43,850 nt of DNA from Octopus sinensis (taxonomy: Eukaryota), in NCBI RefSeq assembly GCF_006345805.1, contig NW_021834963.1:1-43850 (forward strand), given 5' to 3'. The stretch's first letter is position 1; each line of letters starts with the position of its first letter. Shown piece by piece: positions 23,398 to 33,699 of this stretch. The translations under genes were made by a program, and so were the position numbers. A model generated the notes under the pieces. The model searched no databases, had not been told where the DNA came from, and saw nothing but the letters and a program-made list of their open reading frames with translations.

Positions 23398-23929
23398 GTG
23401 AGTATAAAATTACACTACCTAATTGATTTCTATAAATTTTACATTCACCTGGGCTATTTCATTTGTCAGGATGAAAGAGAACAGGTTACATTCCTAATTT
23501 CCAGTGGAATGGTTAGCTGCAAAATAAATTCTATTAATGATATTACTGGTATTTCATAAAGTATCCACTGAGGTTGGTAATTATGGATACACAAGAAAAT
23601 ACAAGTAGCATTTAATATTGGAAGAAAGAAGAAAAATATGTTAAGGGTAAACAGCTGAGTTAATGACAACGTTTTTGGTTCGTCTTTACTCCATCAAAAG
23701 ACCATGAGTTAGGGTCTTCTTGAAGCCATTAGGGATTGGGTTATTGTGTTTGAATGTGATAATTGCAATTTATATTGCCATATTGGAATAACTTTACAAC
23801 ATGACATATGTTTGTAAATGCTTCAGTAAAAACAGACTTAGTGTAGGGGTGACACAGCCAAATCATATCATATTCCCCACATCCAAAAAGAGAGAATGGC
23901 TTTAAGGAAATTTGACAGAAAATGAATAT

Positions 23930-24640
23930 TCACAAGTGAAGCCAGACCATGGCTGGTCTCTCTCTCTCACTGAGACATAAGAATAACTGAATGGGTTCAG
24001 GAGAATTGATTGAATCTGGAGTAGATTCAAAAAGGATTGGATTTGACTGAGAATAATCGACTGTTGGTCTATCATTATTCATTTGATTTTCAGTGTCATT
24101 TTGGGAACTTTGCAAGGTGATTGATTTCACAGAGAGACATTACTTTCATGACCTTTGAATATCAGATCTGAAATCTGCCAGATTAAGACAGATATATGGG
24201 ATTTCTCTGAAGGGTCTCTGGAGTAATGTTGCCCAATAGGATTTATAGTTCAGAGATTTGGGAGTCTCTCCAGGTTGAGCCACTTCTTCACATCTCTGGT
24301 ACCTAGGACATGTGATCAGAATGTCGCAGGAATGAATTACAAGACAGGTTCTCAAAGTCAAACCAATGGAGTAGGAGACCCAGGGGTAGACCAAGCAGTA
24401 AATAGTTGGATGATATCCATAGACTTAGTTGTTGATGCTTGGGAATCCAACCAAAATATGTAATGATGGTTACATCTGATAGGCCCCAATGGAAGAAATG
24501 CCAGGGGACTCTATCCCCACAACTATCCCAGAAATATTGAGCAGAGGAAATGAATGGATCAAATGGTTTGCCTGTTGGTACCCTATGTTGATTCTTTAGG
24601 TTCTCATGCACTTTTGCCTTCACAAACACATCTGCCATCG
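23930..24640 (-). mobile_element. Possible decayed retroelement ORF1-like fragment
   Basis: Overlapping broken minus-strand ORFs (RINIGYQQ..., YGYHPTIYC..., ILITCP) followed by an S/P/T-rich tail. Only weak resemblance to the ORF1 at 38640-39900. Confidence 0.25.
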
Positions 24641-24903
24641 GTTTACCTTAAAGATTCTCAAGTGTAAACTTCAATTAATGTTTTTTTTTAAATCACCTTT
24701 AATTTAACCACTTTGTTATTTTTCTCATCATCCCTAGAAATAGAAAACAATGTCTTATATTTTTCTTGTTTCTTAGCTATTTTTTTATATTTCTCTCTTG
24801 AAATAGTTTCTTTGTTATGTTTATAACAACACACATCTTTTATATTATTGTTAATATTGTTAAGGTTGGTTGCATTTATCTCTTATTGTTGTGTCTTTTG
24901 CAG

Positions 24904-25102
24904 CAATTTTTTTAGGAGTTGATACAACTAACTGAAAATTGATGATGAGTCTATTGACGCTGTAAAACAAGGCTATCTGATGCTTTACGAATGGTACAGG
25001 AATTGCGACCCAGAAACACGGACACACGCAACATTACGTGCAGCTCTTGAAGAAGCTGAATGTGTCGCTGCGATGGAATGTCTGTCATTAGACGCAAAGT
25101 GA
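24904..25102 (+). CDS. Terminal death-domain exon, frameshifted near 24930 in this sequence
   Basis: ttttgcag|CA ATT TTT TTA GGA GTT GAT ACA ACT AAC TGA gives (A)IFLGVDTTN* (stop 24933-24935). The shifted frame reads LKIDDESIDAVKQGYLMLYEWYRNCDPETRTHATLRAALEEAECVAAMECLSLDAK* (stop 25100-25102), matching the ..ML..W....t...L..AL death-domain pattern. Confidence 0.8.
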
Positions 25103-25344
25103 ATTTCTGTGTAACTGTTGTTGTTTAGCCTCAGATTAACCTCGACCAAACAGAGACTTATGATCAAACGCATTCCAGCCAGGACCATCATGCCTATTTC
25201 CAAAGAGAACCCACAACCACATTGTCCAATATGCCCTTCTGTACAGTGATATCGTGTGAATTTAGCTGCTAATTCTAGCAGGTATATCAGCCACATAGTG
25301 ATCCCTTCACTGGTTTGGCTCCTTTGTTAAAAATTCACATTTAA

Positions 25345-25350
25345 AATAAA
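25345..25350 (+). promoter_or_regulatory. Candidate polyadenylation signal of the ANK-RING-DD gene
   Basis: AATAAA about 240 nt after the stop codon; supported by position only. Confidence 0.35.
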
Positions 25351-26699
25351 GACAAACTTTGAAATGTTCATTTATTGTTGTTGCTGTTGTTGTATATCTA
25401 ACCCCCCCCCCTAAGCAACCCCATTGTTATATAGACAGCTTTAATATCTTCTGCTATATTGATAGTTATCTACCTTCATTTTTAGCTGAGAGTAGAATGC
25501 CTGGTATATATATATATATTGATGTCTTTTCCCTTTATATATCCTATAGAGATAGTATTTCTATATAATACATGATGTATCTAAGGATATATCTCACTTT
25601 GTCCTGTTGTGGTTTAAGACAGGCCTCTCCAAAGTGGTGGTGGTTGAATAAAAATTCCAGGGGTTTTGAGTGCAATATACAATATTTTAATTTTATATTC
25701 TTACTTTATGACCTTCGTTATTTACTAATTACTGAAATTTTCGTCAGTAAAAATAAAACTTCACTATTATACATATGAAAATAAATCAAAAAAATTATAA
25801 TTAAACAATAGCTGTGCTGAAAAAGTCTGAGATAAAATAAAATAATGACACAACATTTGTTGTTTTAACTGCATGTGTCTCCCTCTTTTTAAATAACTTC
25901 AGATAAAGGAAAGTACAATTCTTCCTTACAATATTTACCTTCATATTACTCCACTGTTATTTTAATTTGAAATTAGATTTCAAGTTCTTACAGCAGAGAC
26001 CAAGATCAAATAAGTAAAACATATGAGACCTTTATGTACATTATAAGATGTGACAGGAAGCTCTACCGAGCAGACTTTTGTGGAATTGGAAAGGAAGATT
26101 CATAAGTATTCTCCACTTTTTATTGGATTCTTTTGTGATAGAAGTGAACAAACCTGATTGTTTTCAAATTAAATAATCAAGATATTTAAATTAGATAAAA
26201 AAACTTTATTCAGAAATTGATAATTACTATTAAAGCAAAACGAAATTTTACCGGTGAGTGTGTTAAATAATAAGGCACTAAAAGAGAATGACTCTCCCCA
26301 GACACAACAAAATTATTTTGTATCAAACTTTGTACAAAATTATTCTAAATAATTGATAACATAAGTTTCTGATTTTTTGCTTGGATAACTGGGGGAGAAA
26401 TTCTATTCACACATTATATGCCATGTAAATACACAACAAAATAATAAAGCTGTTCAAAGCTATAGGTTACTGTTTATATAGACCAGCTGGAGCAAATTAG
26501 TTTAACATTTAATGCGTAGCAATAAACTCATTTATAAAAGTGTTAGTTTTCTTAAATTGAGAAAACGTAAGACTTTTAGTGACTTTATAAAACTAAAAAG
26601 AGTAACTTCAAACTTTGATGACCCCCACAAATTCCTTTACTGACTGAGATCTTCATCTTGTTCTGGTCAATGACTGTCAAAGTAATTTTCATATTTTAA

Positions 26700-26887
26700 A
26701 AGAATCAAAACGAAAATATGTTGCCCAGAGAAGAGAGGTTGAATTTGTCAAATTATAAAAGCACAGAGTAATGATGGACTGGACATTTTCTTTAGGTTAA
26801 TGATCAGAGGATCCCTAAACAGATGCTATATGCTAAACTTCTTTATGGAAAGAGCCCCCAGCAGAAACGAAGACTACGATTTAAGGA

Positions 26888-26890
<3 letters not shown>
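26700..26890 (+). mobile_element. RTE (BovB-like) LINE C-terminal fragment
   Basis: WTGHFL*VNDQRIPKQMLYAKLLYGKSPQQKRRLRFKD matches the W.GH..RM.D.RIPKQ.LY......R...RFKD motif. Confidence 0.7.
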
Positions 26891-26960
<70 letters not shown>

Positions 26961-26961
<1 letters not shown>

Positions 26962-27196
26962 CTAAGCAATTAAGGGTTTAGCAACAATTGCCTCACCACA
27001 CCACCGAATTTAGAAATAGCAGTCAAAGAGTTATAGCTATTCTTTCTACTAAAAGGGGGATCTCAGTTGCTAAACCTTAATTTTTAGCTTAGTATACTTA
27101 ATTTTCTAAATTTTCTGAGGGCTTTTACATGCCGAAATCTACTTGGTGTAATTAATAATTATTCCAAATTAATTAATTTCACCCTTTATTGTTACT
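26961..27196. mobile_element. Rearranged (forward plus inverted) fragment of the 28770-29374 family, between (TA)n tracts
   Basis: 26961-27066 aligns with 28778-28881. 27067-27196 is the reverse complement of about 29265-29374 continuing into gggtttagcaa. Confidence 0.8.
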
Positions 27197-27197
27197 G

Positions 27198-27229
<32 letters not shown>

Positions 27230-27434
27230 AACTGAGCGGATACTTACCAGGCTGAAAAAATGTACTTTAATGAGGTCAATTGGTTCGACTAAAAATCCTG
27301 CAAGGCAGTAACCCAGCATGGCCGCAATTTAATGACTGAAAAATTAAAAAAAGAAGAAGCAATATACGAAAATTGTCATCGATGTCAACAACTTCTCCGT
27401 CCCGCTTTCACAAATTCAGCGAAACAGAAATGAA

Positions 27435-27469
<35 letters not shown>

Positions 27470-27754
27470 TGGCTGACCCACACACTCATACAATTTCTTC
27501 AGAATGTCACGGTTTTAAGGTCAACATTTTTAAAGCATAAATAGCTACGAGTGTGCGTCTTTGCATGTATCTATATGTGTGGGTGTTTGTGCGTGTTTGA
27601 GCACAGTCCACCCATACCCAAGGTGGTCGCATCGTCTCATTTGACCCAGCCACGAAATTTTTTTTCTCCCACGAGTGTTCCGGATCCCATTAATGAACTA
27701 ATTTGCATACAACCAGTCAGAGCTCACCTTCAACTTGTTCTCAGGTTAATAAAC

Positions 27755-27931
27755 AGGAGTGTCTGTATGGGAAGTAGCTCGCTTACCAACCACATGGTTC
27801 CGGGTTCAATCCCACTACATGGCACCATGGGCAAATGTCTTCTACCATAGCCTACGGACCGACCAAAGCTTTGTCAGTGGATTTTGTACACGGAAACAGA
27901 AGGAAGCCCGTCGTATATATGAATATATATA

Positions 27932-27966
<35 letters not shown>

Positions 27967-28190
27967 GTGTGTGTGTATGTTACTGTGTCTGTGTTTGTCC
28001 TCCCAACATAGTTTCACAACCGATGCTGGTGTGTTTACGTCCCCATAACTTAGCGGTTCGGTATATGAGACCGATAGAATAAGTACTAGGTTTACAAATA
28101 ATAGGTCCTCGGGTCGATCTACTGGACAAAAGTCGGTGCTCCAGCATGGCCACAGTCAAATGACTGAAACATGTAAAAGAGTAAAAGAGT
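27755..28190 (+). mobile_element. tRNA-derived SINE (family of 15655)
   Basis: Collinear head, core, internal microsatellite and tail. Confidence 0.87.
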
Positions 28191-28205
28191 ATACAATATA
28201 TATAG

Positions 28206-28256
<51 letters not shown>

Positions 28257-28349
28257 CAACCATATATGTATACATATATATATATATATATAGTTATAAT
28301 TCAGAATGGTCATTTTGCCAGTTTAGGCAAGAAATATATAAACATAGTC

Positions 28350-28740
28350 GCTGGAGTGGCAGTGTGGCTTGCTAACCAACCACATGGTTCTAGGTTCAGT
28401 CCCACTGCGTGGCATCTTGGGCAAGTGTCTACTGCTATAGCCCCGGGCCGACCAAAGCCTTTTGAGTGGATATGGTAGATGGAAACTGAAAGAAGCCTAT
28501 CGTATACATGTACATATATATATATGTATGTGTGTTTGTGTGTCTGTGTTTGTCCTCCTAGCATTGCTTGACAACCGATGCTGGTGTATGTACGTCCCCG
28601 TCACTTAGAGGTTCGGCAAAAGAGACCGATAGAATAAGTACTGGTCTTACAAAGAATAAGTCCCGGGGTCGATTTGCTCGACTAAAGGCGGTGCTCCAGC
28701 ATGGCCGCAGTCAAATGACTGAAACAAGTAAAAAAAAAAA
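28350..28740 (+). mobile_element. tRNA-derived SINE (family of 15655)
   Basis: Collinear with 15655-16065, with a small deletion in the head. Confidence 0.87.
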
Positions 28741-28769
28741 ATTAAAAAAATATATATATATAATAGATA

Positions 28770-29374
28770 TAAGTAATACTAAGCAATAAAGGGTTTAGCA
28801 ACGAATTGCCTTACCACACCGATTTAGAAATAGCAGTCAAAGAGTTATAGCTATTTCTCTACTAAAAAGGGAGATCTCAGTAAAAACAGCAATTGAAGGC
28901 AGACACAAACAGGTAAGAGAGAATGAATGACGGCAATCTATCATACAATTTTAAGTTATCTACGGACGTACGTTTCGAAATCAAGTTTTTAGGAAAGCAT
29001 AAGAATTAAATATTAAATAATTCTATCTTACCAAAAACTTCTTTTCTCTTCAGCGTAGAATACTATAATCATAATGATTATATATTGAATTTTGAGATAC
29101 TAGAAGGCACCAACTCACTCAGTATCAGAGCGAGCTAGAACCCGCAACTAGTATCACCAAATTCAATGCTTGAATGAAAGGATTGTGTCACCAGCCCCTT
29201 CCCACCCGCGTGTAGCCAAAACATATGCTGTGGTCATCTACTGATATAAAATATGGTTATCCGTAATAATGAAGGGTGAAATTAATTAATTTGGAATAAT
29301 TATCAATTACACCAAGTAGTCTTCGGCATGTAAAAGCCTCATTCGAGGAAATTTAAGTAATACTAAGCAATAAA
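28770..29374 (-). mobile_element. Retrozyme / Penelope pLTR-like non-coding unit (~584-bp period, 21-bp terminal redundancy)
   Basis: taagtaatactaagcaataaa occurs at 28770-28790 and 29354-29374. It contains a canonical hammerhead, has no ORF in the track, and has TA-rich flanks. Confidence 0.75.
28959..29059 (-). ncRNA. Canonical type I hammerhead ribozyme
   Basis: Helix I UCUACG/CGUAGA (6 bp); core CUGAAGA 29053-29047; long helix II (GAAA/UUUC, AAGUUUUU/AAAAACUU, AGAAUUA/UAAUUCU); GAAA 28976-28973; helix III with palindromic CGUACG; GUC triplet; predicted cut between 28965 and 28964. Confidence 0.9.
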
Positions 29375-29938
29375 TGTATCTATATATCTATATATCTATC
29401 TATCTATTTATCTATCTATCTTTATATATACCTTTATAAATGTCTATATATATCTTTATACACATACATACATACATACATACATACATACATACATACA
29501 TACATACATACATAGGTGTATATACTCAGACACGCATATCTGAAACAAATAATAACAAAGGTTTGTACTAGATATTGTTGTTACTTTATATAGTTGTGGT
29601 GTGTAATTAAATGTAAATTATAAGCTAGTCGATGTTTAATTGTTAAAGGTATCAGCAGGAAGCTTGCATGCGTATGTGTGTCCTTGGTGTGCCAATGCTC
29701 GTGTCCCCTTCGCAAGCGAAAAACGAACCCATTTCAATTTGAAACTCTCACGTCGTTTTTATATGACGCAAGGGAAGTGATTCTAGATGTTATTTTTTAT
29801 ACCCTCAAGCCTTCATCAGGTGTCTTGGGGAAATTTGAAACCTGAGTTCACATTCCTAAGGTATTTTTGTACCTGTATCTATACTTATATTTCTCTCTTT
29901 CTCTCTCTCTACTCGCACTCATATATGTATATATACAG

Positions 29939-30104
29939 ATCATCATCATCATCATCATCATCGTCGTTTAACGTCCGTTCTCCATGCTAGCATGGTTGGA
30001 CGGTTCGACCGGGTCTGGGAAGCCAGAAGGCTGCCCAGGCTCCAGTCTAATTTGGCAATGTTTTCTACAGCTGGATGCCCTCCTAACGCCAACCACTCCG
30101 TGAG

Positions 30105-30105
<1 letters not shown>
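29939..30105 (-). mobile_element. RTE LINE 3' end (or RTE-tailed SINE)
   Basis: (CAT)n followed by cgtttaacgtccgttctccatgctagcatgg...ggatgccctcctaacgccaaccactc, shared with 32871, 33700 and 40074. Confidence 0.8.
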
Positions 30106-30184
<79 letters not shown>

Positions 30185-30224
30185 GAAGTACAAACACAAG
30201 TAGTGTGTATGTTCATAACACTTC

Positions 30225-30600
30225 TTGTGCGCCTGTATGAAAGCAGACATAACAAAAGAAGATCCAAAAAATTAACGAGAAATATCATAGAAGCCAGAAT
30301 ATTTTTTGTCTTTGGAAAAGGTGAAGATATATTTATGCCTCACTTAAGTTTAATACCTTCAAATATTCCTTCGAACTCAAACGACTTCAATTTCCATACG
30401 TCAGTCTCTTGCGATGTCCATTGATAAGTAACCAAGATCAGACATTCAAAGTTACTTCTTTGCAATTAGAGAAGGTTGTTTTTCACACAGACATATCCTG
30501 GGGTTCCAGAGTGGGGAGCAAAGACAATTTTATCATTTTCACCCCTACAGGTAAAACTCAAACCAATGTCTATAAGGACGTTTTAGCATGGATCAACGGA
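30225..30600 (+). mobile_element. Decayed Helitron RepHel Pif1-type helicase C-terminus
   Basis: KKLTRNIIEA..KGEDIFMPHLSLIPS, KRLQFP, LAMSIDK, QDQTFKV and SRVGSKDNFIIFTPTGKTQTNVYKDVL across frameshifts. These match the RLQFP..L.FAMTINKSQGQT..SRV..T.NIVY.EVL motifs. Confidence 0.85.
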
Positions 30601-30764
30601 CAAGATTTGCAGAATGAATAAAAACTTTAAATTGAAATTGTCAACGCAACACTTATATTCGCATAAGAAAATGTGTTTCTATTTTTTGGTTGTTGTATAC
30701 TGAAGTTCAATAATTCTGTTGTGTCTGGAGAGAATCATTTTCTTTTTGTGCCTTATTATGTAAA

Positions 30765-30864
30765 ACACTCACCGGTAAAATTCCCACTTTTTTCTTCTTT
30801 TTATTGTCCTAAAATTTTCGTTGTGTCTTGCAACCTATATACATATGTATGTGTATATAATATA

Positions 30865-30903
<39 letters not shown>

Positions 30904-30975
30904 TATATATATATATGTTGTATGTATATACATATAATATTATATATATATATAATATATATATATATATATTTA

Positions 30976-31012
<37 letters not shown>

Positions 31013-31024
31013 CATATATATATA

Positions 31025-31067
<43 letters not shown>

Positions 31068-31125
31068 ATATAGGTTGCAAGTACAATAAAAATAAGAAAA
31101 AAGTGGGAATTTTACCGGTGAGTGT
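30765..31125. repeat. Inverted repeat (about 55-75-bp arms) enclosing a (TA)n tract
   Basis: acactcaccggtaaaattcccacttttt...cttgcaacctata and tataggttgcaag...aaaaagtgggaattttaccggtgagtgt. The same family occurs at about 26245-26310. Confidence 0.85.
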
Positions 31126-31140
31126 GTTATATTATAACAT

Positions 31141-31810
31141 CCGAAAGGATGAAAGGCAAAGTCGACCTCGGCGGAATTTGAACTCAGAACGTAACGGCAG
31201 ACGAAATACCTATTTCTTTACTACCCACAAGGGGCTAAACACAGACGGGACAAACAAGGACAGACAAACGGATTAAGTCGACTATATCGACCCCAGTGCG
31301 TAACTGGTACTTATTTAATGGACCCCGAAAGGATGAAAGGCAAAGTCGACCTCGGCGGAATTTGAACTCAGAACGTAACGGCAGACGAAATACCTATTTC
31401 TTTACTACCCACAAGGGGCTATACACAGAGGGGACAAACAAGGACAGACAAACGGATTAAGTCGTCTGTATCGACCCCAGTGCGTAACTGGTACTTATTT
31501 AATGGACCCCGAAAGAATGAAAGGCAAAGTCGACCTCGGCTGAATTTGAACTCAGAACGTAACGGCAGACGAAATACCTATTTCTTTACTACCCACAAGG
31601 GGCTAAACACAGAGAGGACAAACAAGAACAGACAAACGGATTAAGTCGTCTATTTCGACCCCAGTGCGTAACTGGTACTTATTTAATGGACCCCGAAAGA
31701 ATGAAAGGCTAAGTCGACCTCGGCGGAATTTGAACCCAGAACGTAAAGGCAGAGGAAATACTGGTAAGCATTTCGCCCGGCGTGCAAACGTTTCTGCCAG
31801 CTCGCGCCTT
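31141..31810 (-). repeat. SINE-derived tandem array, 184-bp unit, about 3.6 copies
   Basis: ccgaaag recurs at 31141, 31325, 31509 and 31693. The last unit continues into the SINE head (gcatttcgcccggcgtgcaaacgtttctgccagctcgc). Confidence 0.92.
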
Positions 31811-32239
31811 AATAAAAGCGAAATTCCCTTGTGCCTGTGACCCCTGTCCCTCAGTCTACATAGACATATTCTACCCTTTTGGAATCAGGATGATCCCAGG
31901 ATTGAAACTCTGCTCTTCATTTGGTTCTTGAAGATCCAGCATTGGGATGTGGTTTAAAACCATTTTGGCTGCTATTTCTAGCAGATAAAGCCACAGTGGG
32001 AGGTACAAGAGTTATGTCCCTTAGTTTAAAGTGTTACCAAGGAATTTTGTAGTTTTTTTCACTTTTTCAGTTATTAGACTGCGGCTACGCTGGGGCAACC
32101 GCATTGAAGAATTTAATCTAAGAAATTGACACCAGTTATTTCTCATTTTTGTCTGGTAGATTTTATTGGCCTTTTATAGCGAACCGCTAAGTCACATGGA
32201 GATAAACGTAAAACAACAACAACACACAAAGCCACAATA

Positions 32240-32749
32240 CACACACGCACACACACACACACACACACACAAACATACATACATACGTACATACGTACAT
32301 GCATACGTATATACATACGTACATACGTACATACATACATAATACATACATACATACATACATACATACATACATACTTACGTACATTCTTACGTACATA
32401 CATACATACATACATACACATACATACATACGTACATACGTACATACATACATACATAATACGTACATACATACATACATACGTACATACTTACGTACAT
32501 TCTTACGTACATACATTCTTACGTACATACATACATACATACATACATACACATACATACATACATACGTACATACGTACATGCATACGTATATACAGAC
32601 GTACATACGTACATACACGCATACATAATACATACATAATACATATATACATACACACATACTTACGTACATACGTACATACACACACACATACGTACAT
32701 ACATACATAATACATACATACATACCACATACATACACACAGAAATGTA

Positions 32750-32807
<58 letters not shown>

Positions 32808-32826
32808 CACATATACATATATATTA

Positions 32827-32870
<44 letters not shown>
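32240..32870. repeat. Compound (CA)n/(TACA)n/(TA)n microsatellite
   Basis: Seen directly, with recurring ttacgtacattc interruptions. Confidence 0.95.
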
Positions 32871-33625
32871 CATCATCGTTTAACGTCAGTTTTCCATGCT
32901 AGCATGGGTTGGACGGTTCGACCGTCGTCTGGGAAGCCAGGAGGCTGCACCAGGCTCCAATCTGATCAGATATTGTCTCTACAACTGGATGCCCTTCCTA
33001 ACGCCACCACTCTGAGTTTAAAGGGCGCTTCTTACGTGCCACCAGCACAGGTACCCCAGGAGGCTGGCAACGGTCACGATCGTTGGTGCTTTTTATGTGC
33101 CCCTAGCACGGAAGCCAGTCAAGACGGCGGTGGCATCAGCCTCGTTGAGATGGTGTTTTGTATGTGCCACTGGCACGGGTATCACAACTACAATTTCCAT
33201 TTGACTTTTATTTCGATGTTGATGTACTTGACTCAGTAGGTCTCCTCAAGCACAGCAGGTCACCCTACGATCCAAGGTAAGCACAGTAGGCCGTCCTGCG
33301 ATCCAAGGTATTTTCGATGGGTTGGGGCTGTTATGTGAAGCTGGTGCAGGAAACAGCCTCACGTTATTTGTCGGGTCTTCGCAGTCACAGCATATCTCCA
33401 GAGGTCTCGGTCTTTCGTCATTGCCTCTGTGAGGCCCAACGCTCGAAGATCAAGCTTGATCACCTTATTCCATGTCTTCTGGGTCTACCTCTACCCCCGA
33501 TACCTTCAACTGTTTGGGAGTGGCACTTCTTCGCACATCTCTCCTCATCCATCCGGAGTACATGACTATACCAGCGCAAACTTCTTTCTTGCATGCCACA
33601 TCCGATGCTTGTTATGTCCAGCATT
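32871..33625 (-). mobile_element. RTE LINE 3' fragment
   Basis: Shared RTE 3' end plus coding remnant RMDEERCAKKCHSQTVEGIGGRGRPR. Confidence 0.82.
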
Positions 33626-33699
33626 CTCTCTCATATATATATATTATTTTATATATATTATATATATTCAATTCGAATCGAAATCCAATTGAACCAGAG

